Assembly: GCA_016777845.1 (NCBI GenBank)
Contig: JADHQS010000001.1
Span: 3,573 to 67,572 of the forward strand
Reading direction: 5' to 3'
DNA length: 64,000 nucleotides
Origin: Candidatus Actinomarina sp.
Lineage (GTDB): Bacteria > Actinomycetota > Acidimicrobiia > Actinomarinales > Actinomarinaceae
A program made the position numbers and the translations under genes. Below are positions 54,469-64,000 of the stretch, piece by piece. The notes under the pieces were generated by a model that was not told the origin of the DNA, ran no database searches, and worked only from the letters and a program-made list of their open reading frames with translations. Every line of letters starts with the position of its first letter. The first letter of the stretch is position 1.

Positions 54469-55345
54469 CTGCTAAGTAAAGTGAAATAAATATAAAAAGT
54501 AATGTTACAAAAAAGATATTATTAATTAATTCATCCAGAAAAATATAGCCAACATAAATTCCTACTATTGGCACAACATAATCAACCAGAGTTGTAAACG
54601 TAGCCGAAAGTCTTTTAATTGTATAAAAGAAAAGAGAGTAGTTAAAGATGTCTATAAAAACTAAGCCAGATAACCTTAGGGCCTGAGAACGATTTAAAAT
54701 TTCAACTTCCCCTCCAAGAATAAAAAACAAAATTAAAGAAAAAGCTGTGCTTGCTATCCATTGAGCTAAAAGATAAGTTCTCGCAGGAATGTATTGAGAG
54801 TCTTTTTTATTTGTAATGTTGCTTAAGGCAAGCCCCTGTACACCAATAAGTGCTAGCAATCCTCCAGTTACAAGATCTCCATCATTTGATAGACCAGTAG
54901 CTCCAGAGGCAAAAAGTAAAATTAATCCACTAAGACCAATTAATACTGAAATAACCTTAAGTCTTGTAATTTTTTCTTGTTTATAAACAAGAAAAACCCA
55001 GAAGACTGTGAACATAGGAATTGTTGAAATAAAAATACTTTGAAGGCCTGAAGAAATGCTTTTTAAAGCATAGATGAAAGTCCACCCGGGAATAGTAATT
55101 GCCAAAAATCCAGTTAAAGCTCCTTTTAAAAAGTACTCTTTATTGATTTCAGAAAGGAACTCTTTAGCACAATAAAGAAAGAGTAAAAAAGTGACCAGCG
55201 ATATTCTTGTAGTAACAACAAAAATTTCATTTACACCATCTATTAATAAACTTCTATTTAGCAAACCATGAAATCCAAATAAAATTCCAATTATTACTAT
55301 ATTTATTAACCCTGCTTTTGCTGATAGCTTATATTCGGATTTTAT
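54440..55345 (-). CDS. DMT/EamA-family transporter (apparent ATA start at 55345)
   Basis: About 10 TM segments, ISSG, P.FT, E..T; frame open upstream of the track start to a stop at 55370-55372; SD GGAGAG. Confidence 0.82.
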   Translation of the reverse strand: MKSEYKLSAKAGLINIVIIGILFGFHGLLNRSLLIDGVNEIFVVTTRISLVTFLLFLYCAKEFLSEINKEYFLKGALTGFLAITIPGWTFIYALKSISSGLQSIFISTIPMFTVFWVFLVYKQEKITRLKVISVLIGLSGLILLFASGATGLSNDGDLVTGGLLALIGVQGLALSNITNKKDSQYIPARTYLLAQWIASTAFSLILFFILGGEVEILNRSQALRLSGLVFIDIFNYSLFFYTIKRLSATFTTLVDYVVPIVGIYVGYIFLDELINNIFFVTLLFIFISLYLAVKDEARSLD

Positions 55346-55386
55346 AAAAACTCTCCAATTTGATTTAGTTTATTAGAATAGCAGAT

Positions 55387-56361
55387 ATGAAAACAGTTTT
55401 TTCTGGTATACAACCAAGTGGACTAGTGCATCTAGGTAATTTACTAGGGGCAATAAATAATTGGGTTAAGCTATCAAATGAAAACAGTAAAAATTACTTT
55501 TGTATAGTTGACCTACATTCATTAACAGGACTACCAAATAAGAATGATCTTAAAAAAAGTATAAATGATACTTTAAAAGTACTTGTAGCTTCCGGAATTA
55601 ATACTAAAACTTCGGTCATATATACACAAAGTAGTCTTCAGGAACACGCTTATCTTTCTTGGATACTGTCTAATTTCTGCCAAGTAGGAGAGTTACAGCG
55701 AATGACTCAGTTTAAGGAAAAAGCTTCTTCTTTTGGTACTCATTCAGGTTTATTGACGTATCCTATCTTGATGGCTTCTGATATTTTAATACACAAAGCT
55801 AATGAAGTTCCCGTAGGAGATGATCAAACTCAACACCTTGAATTGACTAGAAATATAGCAGAGCGTTTTAATTCAAATTATGGTGAAATATTTCCAATCC
55901 CTGAAAAAACAAGTGGAAGATCAGGTGCTCGTTTGATGTCTCTAAGACATCCACAAAATAAAATGTCTAAAAGCTCTGATGATATAAATGGAACTGTTTA
56001 CTTTAATGACGAAAAAGACAACATATTAAAAAAATTTAAATCTTCAGTTACTGATTCTGAAAACATTGTTAGGTACGACCCTAAAAATAAACCAGGTATT
56101 AGTAATTTGATTGAAATTTATGCTGCAGTTAATGATAAAGAAATATCTGATACAGAAAAAGAATTTGAAAATTCTCAATATGGGGAATTTAAAATAGCTG
56201 TTGCTGAAACAGTAATTGACTATCTTGACCCAATAAAAAAGAATTTTCATGACTTAACCAGTGATAATTTAGAGGATATTGTTGTATCAAATTTAAAATC
56301 AGCAAAAAATTCTGCTCAAAAAACAATTATTGAAGTTGAAGAAGCTTTAGGTATAAGTTGA
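55387..56361 (+). CDS. trpS: Tryptophan--tRNA ligase
   Basis: FSGIQPSG..HLGN, VPVG.DQ.QH.E, KMSKS. Confidence 0.98.
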   Translation: MKTVFSGIQPSGLVHLGNLLGAINNWVKLSNENSKNYFCIVDLHSLTGLPNKNDLKKSINDTLKVLVASGINTKTSVIYTQSSLQEHAYLSWILSNFCQVGELQRMTQFKEKASSFGTHSGLLTYPILMASDILIHKANEVPVGDDQTQHLELTRNIAERFNSNYGEIFPIPEKTSGRSGARLMSLRHPQNKMSKSSDDINGTVYFNDEKDNILKKFKSSVTDSENIVRYDPKNKPGISNLIEIYAAVNDKEISDTEKEFENSQYGEFKIAVAETVIDYLDPIKKNFHDLTSDNLEDIVVSNLKSAKNSAQKTIIEVEEALGIS

Positions 56362-56398
56362 AAGTATTTCCATTCTTTCAAGTAGTGTCTTTTCTTTA

Positions 56399-58540
56399 AT
56401 GTCGTCAGATCCTCAAATTCCTGAAGCCTGGAAAAATATTTTAAATGAAAGTCAGATTGAAGCTGTAACTACTATCAATGGTCCTGTCTTAATTATGGCT
56501 GGAGCAGGATCTGGTAAAACAAGAGTATTAACACATAGATATGCTCATTTGGTTGAACAGCACAAAGTTGATATAGAGCAGATTTTAGCCATTACATTTA
56601 CTAACAAAGCCGCTGAGGAAATGAAATTACGTATCGGTAATTTATTGAATTTAAAAATATCTCCTAAATGGATATCTACTTTTCATAGCTTGTGTGTAAA
56701 AATTCTTAGAATTCATGGTGATAAAATTGGTTATAGAAATAATTTTTCAATTTATGATCAATCAGATTCAAACAAAGTAGTAAGAAACTGTATGTCAGAA
56801 AATAATGTTGATTTAAAACAGTACTCACCAAAAAGATTTCAAGCTCATATTTCAAATTTAAAAAATAATATGACTTCACCAGGAGAGGCATTACAAAATG
56901 CAGAATCATTTTTTGAGGTCAAAGTTGCAGAAATATATTCGAGCTATGAAAAGAAATTAATTTTGGCTAACTCCATGGATTTTGATGATTTATTGATCAA
57001 AACTGTAGAACTTTTACAAACAAATGATCAAATACTACATTATTGGTCAAATAAATTTCAATTTGTTATGGTAGATGAATATCAAGATACAAATTATGTT
57101 CAATATAAGCTTGTTGAGTTATTGAGTTCAAACAACCAAAATGTATGTGTTGTTGGCGATTCTGATCAAAGTATTTATGCTTTTAGAGGTGCGGATATTA
57201 GAAATATTATTGAGTTTGAAAAAGATTTTAAAAATGCCAAGATAATTCAACTCGATAAAAATTACAGATCTACAAAAAAAATATTAGATTTAGCAAACAC
57301 AATTATTTCAAATAATCCAAGAAAAATTAAAAAAAATCTTTGGACTGATAATGAAGATGGTCTTGAAATAAGTTCTTTGAGATTTAGATCTGAAAAAGAT
57401 GAATCCAGGTGGGTAGCTGAAGAAGTTAAGGAAATTATTAAAAATGATAAAGAAGCAGAAGTTGCAATATTCTATAGAACAAATAGTCAATCGAGATTAT
57501 TTGAAGAAGAATTAAGAAAATTAAATATAAATCACAAGCTAATTGGAAGCGTTAGGTTTTATGACAGAAAAGAGATAAAAGATATAATTTCTTATTTGAA
57601 ATTTCTAGTAAATGAAAATGATGTTGTGTCTTTTGAGAGGATTGTCAATGTTCCAAAAAGAGGTATTGGTGAGTCAAGTGTCAAGAAGCTACGAGATCAT
57701 ATCGACAAAAATGAAATGTCGATATTCGAATTGTTGCAAAACATTGAACAGGTTGAGAATATATCTCCAAGAATAAAAAATAAATTGATTGAATTCAAAA
57801 ATTTAATTTTAGATTTAAAAACATTTTCATTGGAAGGACCATCAAAATCTATCGAAAAAATTATCGACTTAACTGGCTATAAAATGAATCTCATTAAAGA
57901 AGGAACAATGGAATCACAAATGAGACTTGAAAATATAGAGGAGCTATTAAATTCTGCATATAATTTTGAAAATCTTTATGAAGATGAGATTGATGAACCC
58001 TATGCAAAATTGAGAGATTATCTTGAATCCATAGCACTATTTTCAGAAACTGATGAGCTTAAAGATTCAGATAAAGTTTTATTAATGACTTTACACAATG
58101 CCAAAGGTTTAGAGTTTCCTTATGTATTTATGACCGGAATGGAAGAAAATTTATTTCCACACGAGAGAAGCTCACAGGGTGATCAATCTGAAATTGAAGA
58201 AGAAAGAAGACTTTGTTATGTTGGTGTAACTAGAGCAGAAAAAAAGCTTTACTTATCCCATGCTTGGTCTAGAACTCTGTGGGGTGGTACAACATACAAT
58301 TTACCGAGTAGATTTTTAGATGAAGGATCAGAACATTTTGAAACTAAAGATTATTCTCCAGAATTTCAAGAGTCAAATGAAAAAAATAATTCGTCATCAG
58401 TTGGACAAAAAATTCTTCATGAAAAATATGGAGAAGGGGTAATAAAGGAAGTTCAAGGAAACGAAATTACTGTTGAATTTTCAGACGATACAGGAACTAA
58501 ATATTTGGACATAGAATGGGCTCCAATAAAATTTCTATAA
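56399..58540 (+). CDS. pcrA: ATP-dependent DNA helicase PcrA/UvrD
   Basis: AGAGSGKT, TFTNKAA, DEYQD, TLHNAKGLEF, EERRLCYVG. Confidence 0.96.
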   Translation: MSSDPQIPEAWKNILNESQIEAVTTINGPVLIMAGAGSGKTRVLTHRYAHLVEQHKVDIEQILAITFTNKAAEEMKLRIGNLLNLKISPKWISTFHSLCVKILRIHGDKIGYRNNFSIYDQSDSNKVVRNCMSENNVDLKQYSPKRFQAHISNLKNNMTSPGEALQNAESFFEVKVAEIYSSYEKKLILANSMDFDDLLIKTVELLQTNDQILHYWSNKFQFVMVDEYQDTNYVQYKLVELLSSNNQNVCVVGDSDQSIYAFRGADIRNIIEFEKDFKNAKIIQLDKNYRSTKKILDLANTIISNNPRKIKKNLWTDNEDGLEISSLRFRSEKDESRWVAEEVKEIIKNDKEAEVAIFYRTNSQSRLFEEELRKLNINHKLIGSVRFYDRKEIKDIISYLKFLVNENDVVSFERIVNVPKRGIGESSVKKLRDHIDKNEMSIFELLQNIEQVENISPRIKNKLIEFKNLILDLKTFSLEGPSKSIEKIIDLTGYKMNLIKEGTMESQMRLENIEELLNSAYNFENLYEDEIDEPYAKLRDYLESIALFSETDELKDSDKVLLMTLHNAKGLEFPYVFMTGMEENLFPHERSSQGDQSEIEEERRLCYVGVTRAEKKLYLSHAWSRTLWGGTTYNLPSRFLDEGSEHFETKDYSPEFQESNEKNNSSSVGQKILHEKYGEGVIKEVQGNEITVEFSDDTGTKYLDIEWAPIKFL

Positions 58541-58592
58541 ACACACAGCATAAATTTTATTTTTTTGTAATCTATATTCTTGTTATAACATT

Positions 58593-59726
58593 ATGAATCT
58601 TTTTGAATACCAAGGTAAAAGACTTTATCAAGACTTTTCTATTCCAACACCCAAATCTATTTTTGTTTCTAAAATATCTGAAATTTCTGATAATCATGGA
58701 CTAACATATCCCGTTGTAGTTAAGGCTCAAGTTCAAGTAGGAGGAAGAGGTAAAGCTGGAGGTATCAAAGTAGCAAAAGATTTTGATGAACTTACCAAAT
58801 TTTCAGGTGAAATTTTAGGAATGGATATCAAAGGCCATATTGTGGAGAGTCTTTTATTAGAAGAGGCTTCAAATATATTAGAAGAATATTATATTTCTTT
58901 TACACTTGATAGATCAGCAAAATCCTACTTAATGATGCTCAGTGCAAAAGGAGGTATGGATATTGAAGAAGTAGCAGAAAAGAACCCAGACGACTTAATA
59001 ATGCTTCATATTTCTCCATCCAAAGGGTTAGATTCGGAAACAATCATTAAGTCAATAGAGGATGCAAAGCTCAATGAAAGTTATAAATCTGAATTAAGGG
59101 ATGTTATTTCAAACTTATACAAATTATTTGTAGAAGGTGATTGTGATTTAGTTGAGGTTAACCCACTAGCAATTACAGATAACGGAGTTTCTGCTTTAGA
59201 TTCAAAAGTTTCACTAGATATGAATGCTATTTATAGACACGAAAATTTTAAAGATTTCGAAAATGAAATACCTATTCCAGTTTCTGAGCAATTTGCCAAA
59301 GAAAAAAACCTTAATTTTATAAAGCTTGAGGGGAGTGTTGGAATTATTGGTAATGGTGCTGGATTAGTGATGTCCACGCTTGATGTAGTATCTGAACATG
59401 GTGGAATGGCAGCAAACTTTTTAGATATAGGCGGTGGCGCAAAAGCAGAGACTGTTACGGCAGCACTAGAAGTATTGGAATCAGAAGATAATGTTAAAAG
59501 TGTACTAATTAATATCTTTGGGGGAATTACAAGGTGCGACCTTGTAGCCAATGGCATAGTTGAAGCCACTAAAGGCAAAGAACTTAAATGGCCGATAATT
59601 GTAAGGCTTGATGGAACTAATTCAAAAGAAGGATTATCTATTTTGGAACAAAATACAAATGAAAAAATTACAATTTCTAGCTCTATGGATGAAGCAGCTA
59701 AGTTAGCAGTTGAAGGAGCAATTTAA
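58593..59726 (+). CDS. sucC: Succinyl-CoA synthetase beta subunit
   Basis: [30 protein letters not shown]. Confidence 0.98.
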   Translation: MNLFEYQGKRLYQDFSIPTPKSIFVSKISEISDNHGLTYPVVVKAQVQVGGRGKAGGIKVAKDFDELTKFSGEILGMDIKGHIVESLLLEEASNILEEYYISFTLDRSAKSYLMMLSAKGGMDIEEVAEKNPDDLIMLHISPSKGLDSETIIKSIEDAKLNESYKSELRDVISNLYKLFVEGDCDLVEVNPLAITDNGVSALDSKVSLDMNAIYRHENFKDFENEIPIPVSEQFAKEKNLNFIKLEGSVGIIGNGAGLVMSTLDVVSEHGGMAANFLDIGGGAKAETVTAALEVLESEDNVKSVLINIFGGITRCDLVANGIVEATKGKELKWPIIVRLDGTNSKEGLSILEQNTNEKITISSSMDEAAKLAVEGAI

Positions 59727-60595
59727 TGTCTATCTTTATTGGTAATGAAACAAAAGTTGTAGTTCAAGGACTTACTGGAGAACAGGGAAAATTTCATGCA
59801 TTGAGAAATAGGGATTACGGTACAAAAGTTGTTGCGGGCACTAGACCTGGTAAGGGCGGAGAATCTGTAGAGGGAATTCCAATTTTCAATACAGTTGAAG
59901 AAGCTGTAGAAGCAACGGGAGCAAATACAGCTATGACATTTGTCCCACCACCATTTGCAAAAGATGCAGTTTTAGAAGCTGCGTATGCTGGGTGTGATTT
60001 AATAGTATGTATTACTGAAGGAATCCCTGCTAAAGATGAAGCAGAGATGTATGATCTCTTAAAAGAAAAAACATCTTCAAGATTACTCGGTCCAAATTGC
60101 CCTGGATTAATTTCTCCAGGTAAATCTAATGTTGGAATTATGCCACATGAAATTACCATGGAAGGAAATGTTGGTGTTGTATCTAGGTCTGGAACTTTAA
60201 CTTATCAAGCAGTTCTTGAATTAACAAATTTAAACATAGGTCAATCAACTTGTATTGGCATTGGGGGAGACCCAGTTCCAGGCACATCTTTTATAGATGT
60301 ACTTGATGCTTTTCAAAACGATTCACAGACGGAAGCTATTGTTATGATTGGTGAAATAGGTGGAAGTGCTGAAGAGGAAGCAGCAGAATTTATTAAGAAG
60401 AATGTAACTAAACCTGTTGTTTCTTACATTGCTGGACTCACAGCTCCACCAGGAAAAAAAATGGGCCATGCAGGAGCAATTGTTTCTGGAAACAAAGGTA
60501 CGGCTAGTGCTAAAATTGAAGCACTGACTGATGCTGGTGCAAATGTCGTTGAAAATCCAACAAGAATCGGTCAGGCCATTAAGGATGTTGTATGA
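59726..60595 (+). CDS. sucD: Succinyl-CoA synthetase alpha subunit
   Basis: [21 protein letters not shown]. Confidence 0.98.
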   Translation: MSIFIGNETKVVVQGLTGEQGKFHALRNRDYGTKVVAGTRPGKGGESVEGIPIFNTVEEAVEATGANTAMTFVPPPFAKDAVLEAAYAGCDLIVCITEGIPAKDEAEMYDLLKEKTSSRLLGPNCPGLISPGKSNVGIMPHEITMEGNVGVVSRSGTLTYQAVLELTNLNIGQSTCIGIGGDPVPGTSFIDVLDAFQNDSQTEAIVMIGEIGGSAEEEAAEFIKKNVTKPVVSYIAGLTAPPGKKMGHAGAIVSGNKGTASAKIEALTDAGANVVENPTRIGQAIKDVV

Positions 60596-61827
60596 ATGAA
60601 AATTTAAACAGAAAAGATTTAGAATTAGCAATACAAAAAACCAGAGATTCATTCGATACAGATAAACCCGTTATACCTTTTATTGAAGGAGATGGTATAG
60701 GCATAGATATTTGGCCTGCTTCACAGAGAGTTTTCGATGCTGCTGTTGAAAAAGCTTATTCAAAAGAACGAAAAATTGAATGGCAAGAAGTACTAGCTGG
60801 TCAAAAAGCATTTGATAATACAAGTGAATGGTTACCAGAAAAGACAATAGAAATGTTTGATGAATTTGGAATAGGTATTAAAGGACCGCTTACAACTCCA
60901 GTCGGAGGAGGAATTAGGTCAATCAACGTTGCAATTAGACAAAAATTGGATTTATACGCCTGTTTGAGGCCACTTAGATGGTTTGAAGGGGTTGAGACAC
61001 CAACAAAGAATCCAGGAAATGTAGATATAGCATTATTTCGTGAAAATACTGAAGATGTCTATTCAGGGAAAGAGTTAGAAATGAACTCAGATGATGTTGT
61101 TAAATTAAATAAATTTCTTAAAGAAGAATTCAATTGGGAAATTAGAAGTGATAGTGGAATTGGGATCAAACCAATATCAAAAACTGCCTCCGAAAGACTA
61201 ATTCGATCTGCATTAAATTATGCTGTTGAAAATAACAAAAAAAATCTGGCCATTGTTCATAAGGGAAACATTATGAAATTTACAGAAGGAGCATTTAGAG
61301 CCTGGGGATACGAATTAGTCAAAAATGAATTTTCTGATGTAGCTGTTTCATGGGATGATTGTAATGGTGATGCTGGAGATAAGATTTTAGTACAAGATGT
61401 TATTGCAGACGCCTTCTTGCAGCAAATATTAATTAAACCTCAGGAATTTGATGTTATAGCTACAACAAACTTAAACGGCGATTACGCATCAGATGCATTA
61501 GCTGCACAGATTGGCGGAATTGGTATCAGTCCTGGAGGAAACATTAATTATGAAAATGGTAAATCAGTTTTTGAAGCTACTCATGGAACAGCACCAAAAC
61601 ATGCTGGTCAAGATAAAGCAAATCCTGGTTCATTGATTTTGTCTGGAGAAATGATGTTTAGATACATGGGGTGGAATGAAGCTTCAGATCTCATCATTAA
61701 AGCCATGGAAAAATCAATTAGTGAAGGAAATGTGACGTACGATCTTGCTAGAGGTCGAAAAAATGCCACTACGCTGTCCTCATCTGATTTTGCTGCAAGT
61801 CTCGTTGAAAACATAGAAAGTTTTTAA
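60592..61827 (+). CDS. icd: Isocitrate dehydrogenase, homodimeric, probably NADP-dependent
   Basis: IEGDGIG, KGPLTTP, RENTED, NLNGDY.SD, HGTAPKH, VTYDLAR. Confidence 0.96.
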   Translation: MNENLNRKDLELAIQKTRDSFDTDKPVIPFIEGDGIGIDIWPASQRVFDAAVEKAYSKERKIEWQEVLAGQKAFDNTSEWLPEKTIEMFDEFGIGIKGPLTTPVGGGIRSINVAIRQKLDLYACLRPLRWFEGVETPTKNPGNVDIALFRENTEDVYSGKELEMNSDDVVKLNKFLKEEFNWEIRSDSGIGIKPISKTASERLIRSALNYAVENNKKNLAIVHKGNIMKFTEGAFRAWGYELVKNEFSDVAVSWDDCNGDAGDKILVQDVIADAFLQQILIKPQEFDVIATTNLNGDYASDALAAQIGGIGISPGGNINYENGKSVFEATHGTAPKHAGQDKANPGSLILSGEMMFRYMGWNEASDLIIKAMEKSISEGNVTYDLARGRKNATTLSSSDFAASLVENIESF

Positions 61828-61828
61828 T

Positions 61829-62767
61829 ATGAAAAAAGTAACTGTTGTTGGTGCTGGAAAATACGGTTCTATGACTGCACTTAGAGTCGCTGAGTATGAT
61901 CTTGTTGATTCAGTTGTGATGACTGACATTGTTGATGGTCTTCCACAAGGATTAGCATTAGACATGAACCAATCAAGATATGTAGAAAATTTTTCTAGCA
62001 AAATAATTGGAACTAATGATTATGAAGATACTGCTGACAGCGATGTTGTTGTAATTACCGCCGGCTTACCAAGAAAACCAGGTATGACCAGAATGGATTT
62101 ACTTGAAGTTAATGCAAATATAGTCAGTGATGTTACAAAAAATATTCTTAATTATTCTAAATCACCAATCATAATTGTTGTTACAAATCCACTAGATCAA
62201 ATGACAACTCTAGTTTCTCAAGTTTCTGGGTTACCTAAAAACAAAGTAATTGGACAAGCAGGAGTTTTAGACTCTTCTCGATTTGCATACTTTATTTCTG
62301 AAAAATTAAATGTAAACATGAATGAAATAGAAGCATTAACACTAGGAAGTCATGGAGAAACAATGGTTCCAGTTCCGTCACAGTGCAGAGTTGCAGGAAA
62401 ACCACTTAATGAACTACTTAGTAATGATGAGATTTCAGAATTAGTTCAAAAGACTTCTGATGGAGGTGCTGAAATTGTTGGATTACTTAAAACTGGAAGT
62501 GCATATTTTGCACCTTCGTCTGCTGCAGCAACAATGGTTAAGTCAATAGTTTCAGATTCCAATGAAGTAATGCCTGCATGCTCTTGGGTAGATGGTGAAT
62601 TTGGTATAAATGATGTATTTTTAGGAGTTCCAACAAAGCTTGGAGCAAAAGGTGTTACCGAGGTCGTTGAAATTGACCTTGTTGAAAGTGAACTAAACGC
62701 TTTAAAAGGCGCTTCAGAGGCTGTTAAAGCAAAAGTACAAGAGCTTAATAGCATATTAAGTCAATAA
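61829..62767 (+). CDS. mdh: Malate dehydrogenase (LDH-like)
   Basis: VVGAG, TAGLPRKPGMTRMDL, GVLDSSR, HG. Confidence 0.95.
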   Translation: MKKVTVVGAGKYGSMTALRVAEYDLVDSVVMTDIVDGLPQGLALDMNQSRYVENFSSKIIGTNDYEDTADSDVVVITAGLPRKPGMTRMDLLEVNANIVSDVTKNILNYSKSPIIIVVTNPLDQMTTLVSQVSGLPKNKVIGQAGVLDSSRFAYFISEKLNVNMNEIEALTLGSHGETMVPVPSQCRVAGKPLNELLSNDEISELVQKTSDGGAEIVGLLKTGSAYFAPSSAAATMVKSIVSDSNEVMPACSWVDGEFGINDVFLGVPTKLGAKGVTEVVEIDLVESELNALKGASEAVKAKVQELNSILSQ

Positions 62768-62886
62768 ATTCAGTCTTTTTTATAAAAAAGGCAATAAATT
62801 TAGTATTTTAAGACAAATCATTAAAAAAAACTATACTTATTGATAAGGAGTTTTATAAAAACTCAAAAAAGAAAGGCTAAACAGCT

Positions 62887-63159
62887 ATGAATAAAGATCA
62901 ATTAGCAAGCGTTGTTGCAGCAGAAGTAGGGTTGTCACAATCAGATGCTAAAAAAGCTGTAGAAGCCGTGTTCGATGGCGTAACAAATGGTATGAAAAAT
63001 GGCGATAAAGTAAGTATTGCTGGTTTTGGTACTTTTGAGTCAAGATACAGGGCTGCAAGACAAGGCAGGAATCCAGCAACAGGAGAAACAATCCAAATTG
63101 CTGCAAAGAATGCACCAGCTTTTAAAGCTGCAAAAGGATTAAAAGACGCTTTAAACTAA
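62887..63159 (+). CDS. hup: DNA-binding protein HU
   Basis: GFGTF, RAARQGRNPATGE, PAFKA. Confidence 0.97.
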   Translation: MNKDQLASVVAAEVGLSQSDAKKAVEAVFDGVTNGMKNGDKVSIAGFGTFESRYRAARQGRNPATGETIQIAAKNAPAFKAAKGLKDALN

Positions 63160-63177
63160 AGCACTTTAATCAAATTT

Positions 63178-63208
63178 GAAAAGACGACGAAAGTCGTCTT
63201 TTCTTTTT
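63178..63208. terminator. Terminator between convergent hup and sdh-linked genes (possibly bidirectional)
   Basis: GAAAAGACGAC-GAAA-GTCGTCTTTTC plus T tract. Confidence 0.88.
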
Positions 63209-63482
63209 ATGGAGCAAGAATACTTATATCCCCAGAAATCTTTACTTTTTCATTAAAAAGAAGATCTTCTGGATGTTTTTTTCCTTCAACAATTAATAAT
63301 AAGTTTTCTGTAGAGATTTTAAATTTTAAAAATCTTTTATCTTCAATTGATGAATTTATTTGGACACAACTATCGAGGTTAAATGTTTTATCAATATCTG
63401 TAATTTCAAAATAAATGGAACTTAGATCAATATTTTTATCTGTCAGATTACTTTTGAATTGTTTAAGGATATCTTCAATCAA
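63207..63482 (-). CDS. Small protein, SCP2 (sterol carrier)-like
   Basis: C-terminal G..P..L....K.KI.GD pattern; ATGA overlap with sdhB stop. Confidence 0.6.
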   Translation of the reverse strand: MIEDILKQFKSNLTDKNIDLSSIYFEITDIDKTFNLDSCVQINSSIEDKRFLKFKISTENLLLIVEGKKHPEDLLFNEKVKISGDISILAP

Positions 63483-64000
63483 TTGATGGTAAGGGTTTCT
63501 CTTTTAACATCTTCAATGGCTTTAGTAACCTGAATACCACGAGGACATGCAGAAGTACAATTAAATGCGGTTCTGCATCTAAATGCTCCATCTACATCTT
63601 TTAAAATTTCAAGTCTTTGTTTTGAAGCATTGTCTCGCGAATCAAATACAAATCTGTGTGCATTTACAATCGCTGCTGGTCCCACATATGTATCAGCAGT
63701 CCAGAAAACAGGACAGCTTGTTGTACAAGCTGCACACAAAATACATTTTGTAGTATCTTCAAACCTGTCTCGATCTTCAGGAGATTGCAGCCTTTCTCTC
63801 TCACCAGGCTCATCATCATTTATAAGATAAGGCATTACTTTTTTATAAGAATCAAAAAAAGAATCCATATTTACTACTAAATCTTTTATGACTGGTAGGC
63901 CTCTGATAGGTTCGATTTTAATTGGTGTACTAACTTCTTTAACAAGAACCTGACAAGCTAGCATGTTTTCCCCATTAACAACCATTGCATCGGATCCACA
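63479..64000 (-). CDS. sdhB: Succinate dehydrogenase iron-sulfur subunit (5' part outside window)
   Basis: LAC, KDLVV, CILCAACTTSCP, CRTAFNCTSACP. Confidence 0.96.
   Translation of the reverse strand, partial: CGSDAMVVNGENMLACQVLVKEVSTPIKIEPIRGLPVIKDLVVNMDSFFDSYKKVMPYLINDDEPGERERLQSPEDRDRFEDTTKCILCAACTTSCPVFWTADTYVGPAAIVNAHRFVFDSRDNASKQRLEILKDVDGAFRCRTAFNCTSACPRGIQVTKAIEDVKRETLTIN

Noticed and set aside
62773..62792. Hairpin GTCTTTTTT-at-AAAAAAGGC after mdh as a terminator
   Set aside because: Mostly A-U pairs and no following U tract; too weak to call

Overview
A gene-dense, AT-rich 64 kb core-genome segment from a streamlined bacterium. It is most likely an actinobacterium of the Ca. Actinomarina/Acidimicrobiia type, inferred from the beta' N-terminal coiled-coil insertion, the glmM-glmS-alr-tsaEB-rimI-tsaD-groES synteny and frequent leaderless genes. 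In order it holds: rplJL-rpoBC, the str, S10, spc and alpha clusters, truA-rplM-rpsI, glmM-glmS-alr-tsaE-tsaB-rimI-tsaD, groESL, a complete shikimate/Phe/Tyr supraoperon, a mixed block (46.9-55.4 kb), trpS-pcrA, sucCD-icd-mdh, HU and the 3' part of sdhB. I saw no rRNA, tRNA, CRISPR or mobile element. Signals the ORF track misses: (1) a probable membrane-anchored thioredoxin-fold selenoprotein (51036-51509, in-frame TGA in a UxxC motif, SECIS-like hairpin), divergent from a Fur-family regulator and a CbiQO module with a 7-1-7 operator; (2) a glmS ribozyme with an extra enclosing helix; (3) a Tyr/Phe leader-peptide attenuator ahead of the aro operon; (4) apparent zinc-sparing in beta', S14 and L36; (5) two genes that seem to need AUU/AUA starts; (6) a peptidase-E-like hydrolase fused to a CysRS-like C-terminal domain. 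All family calls come from motif recognition, not database searches.
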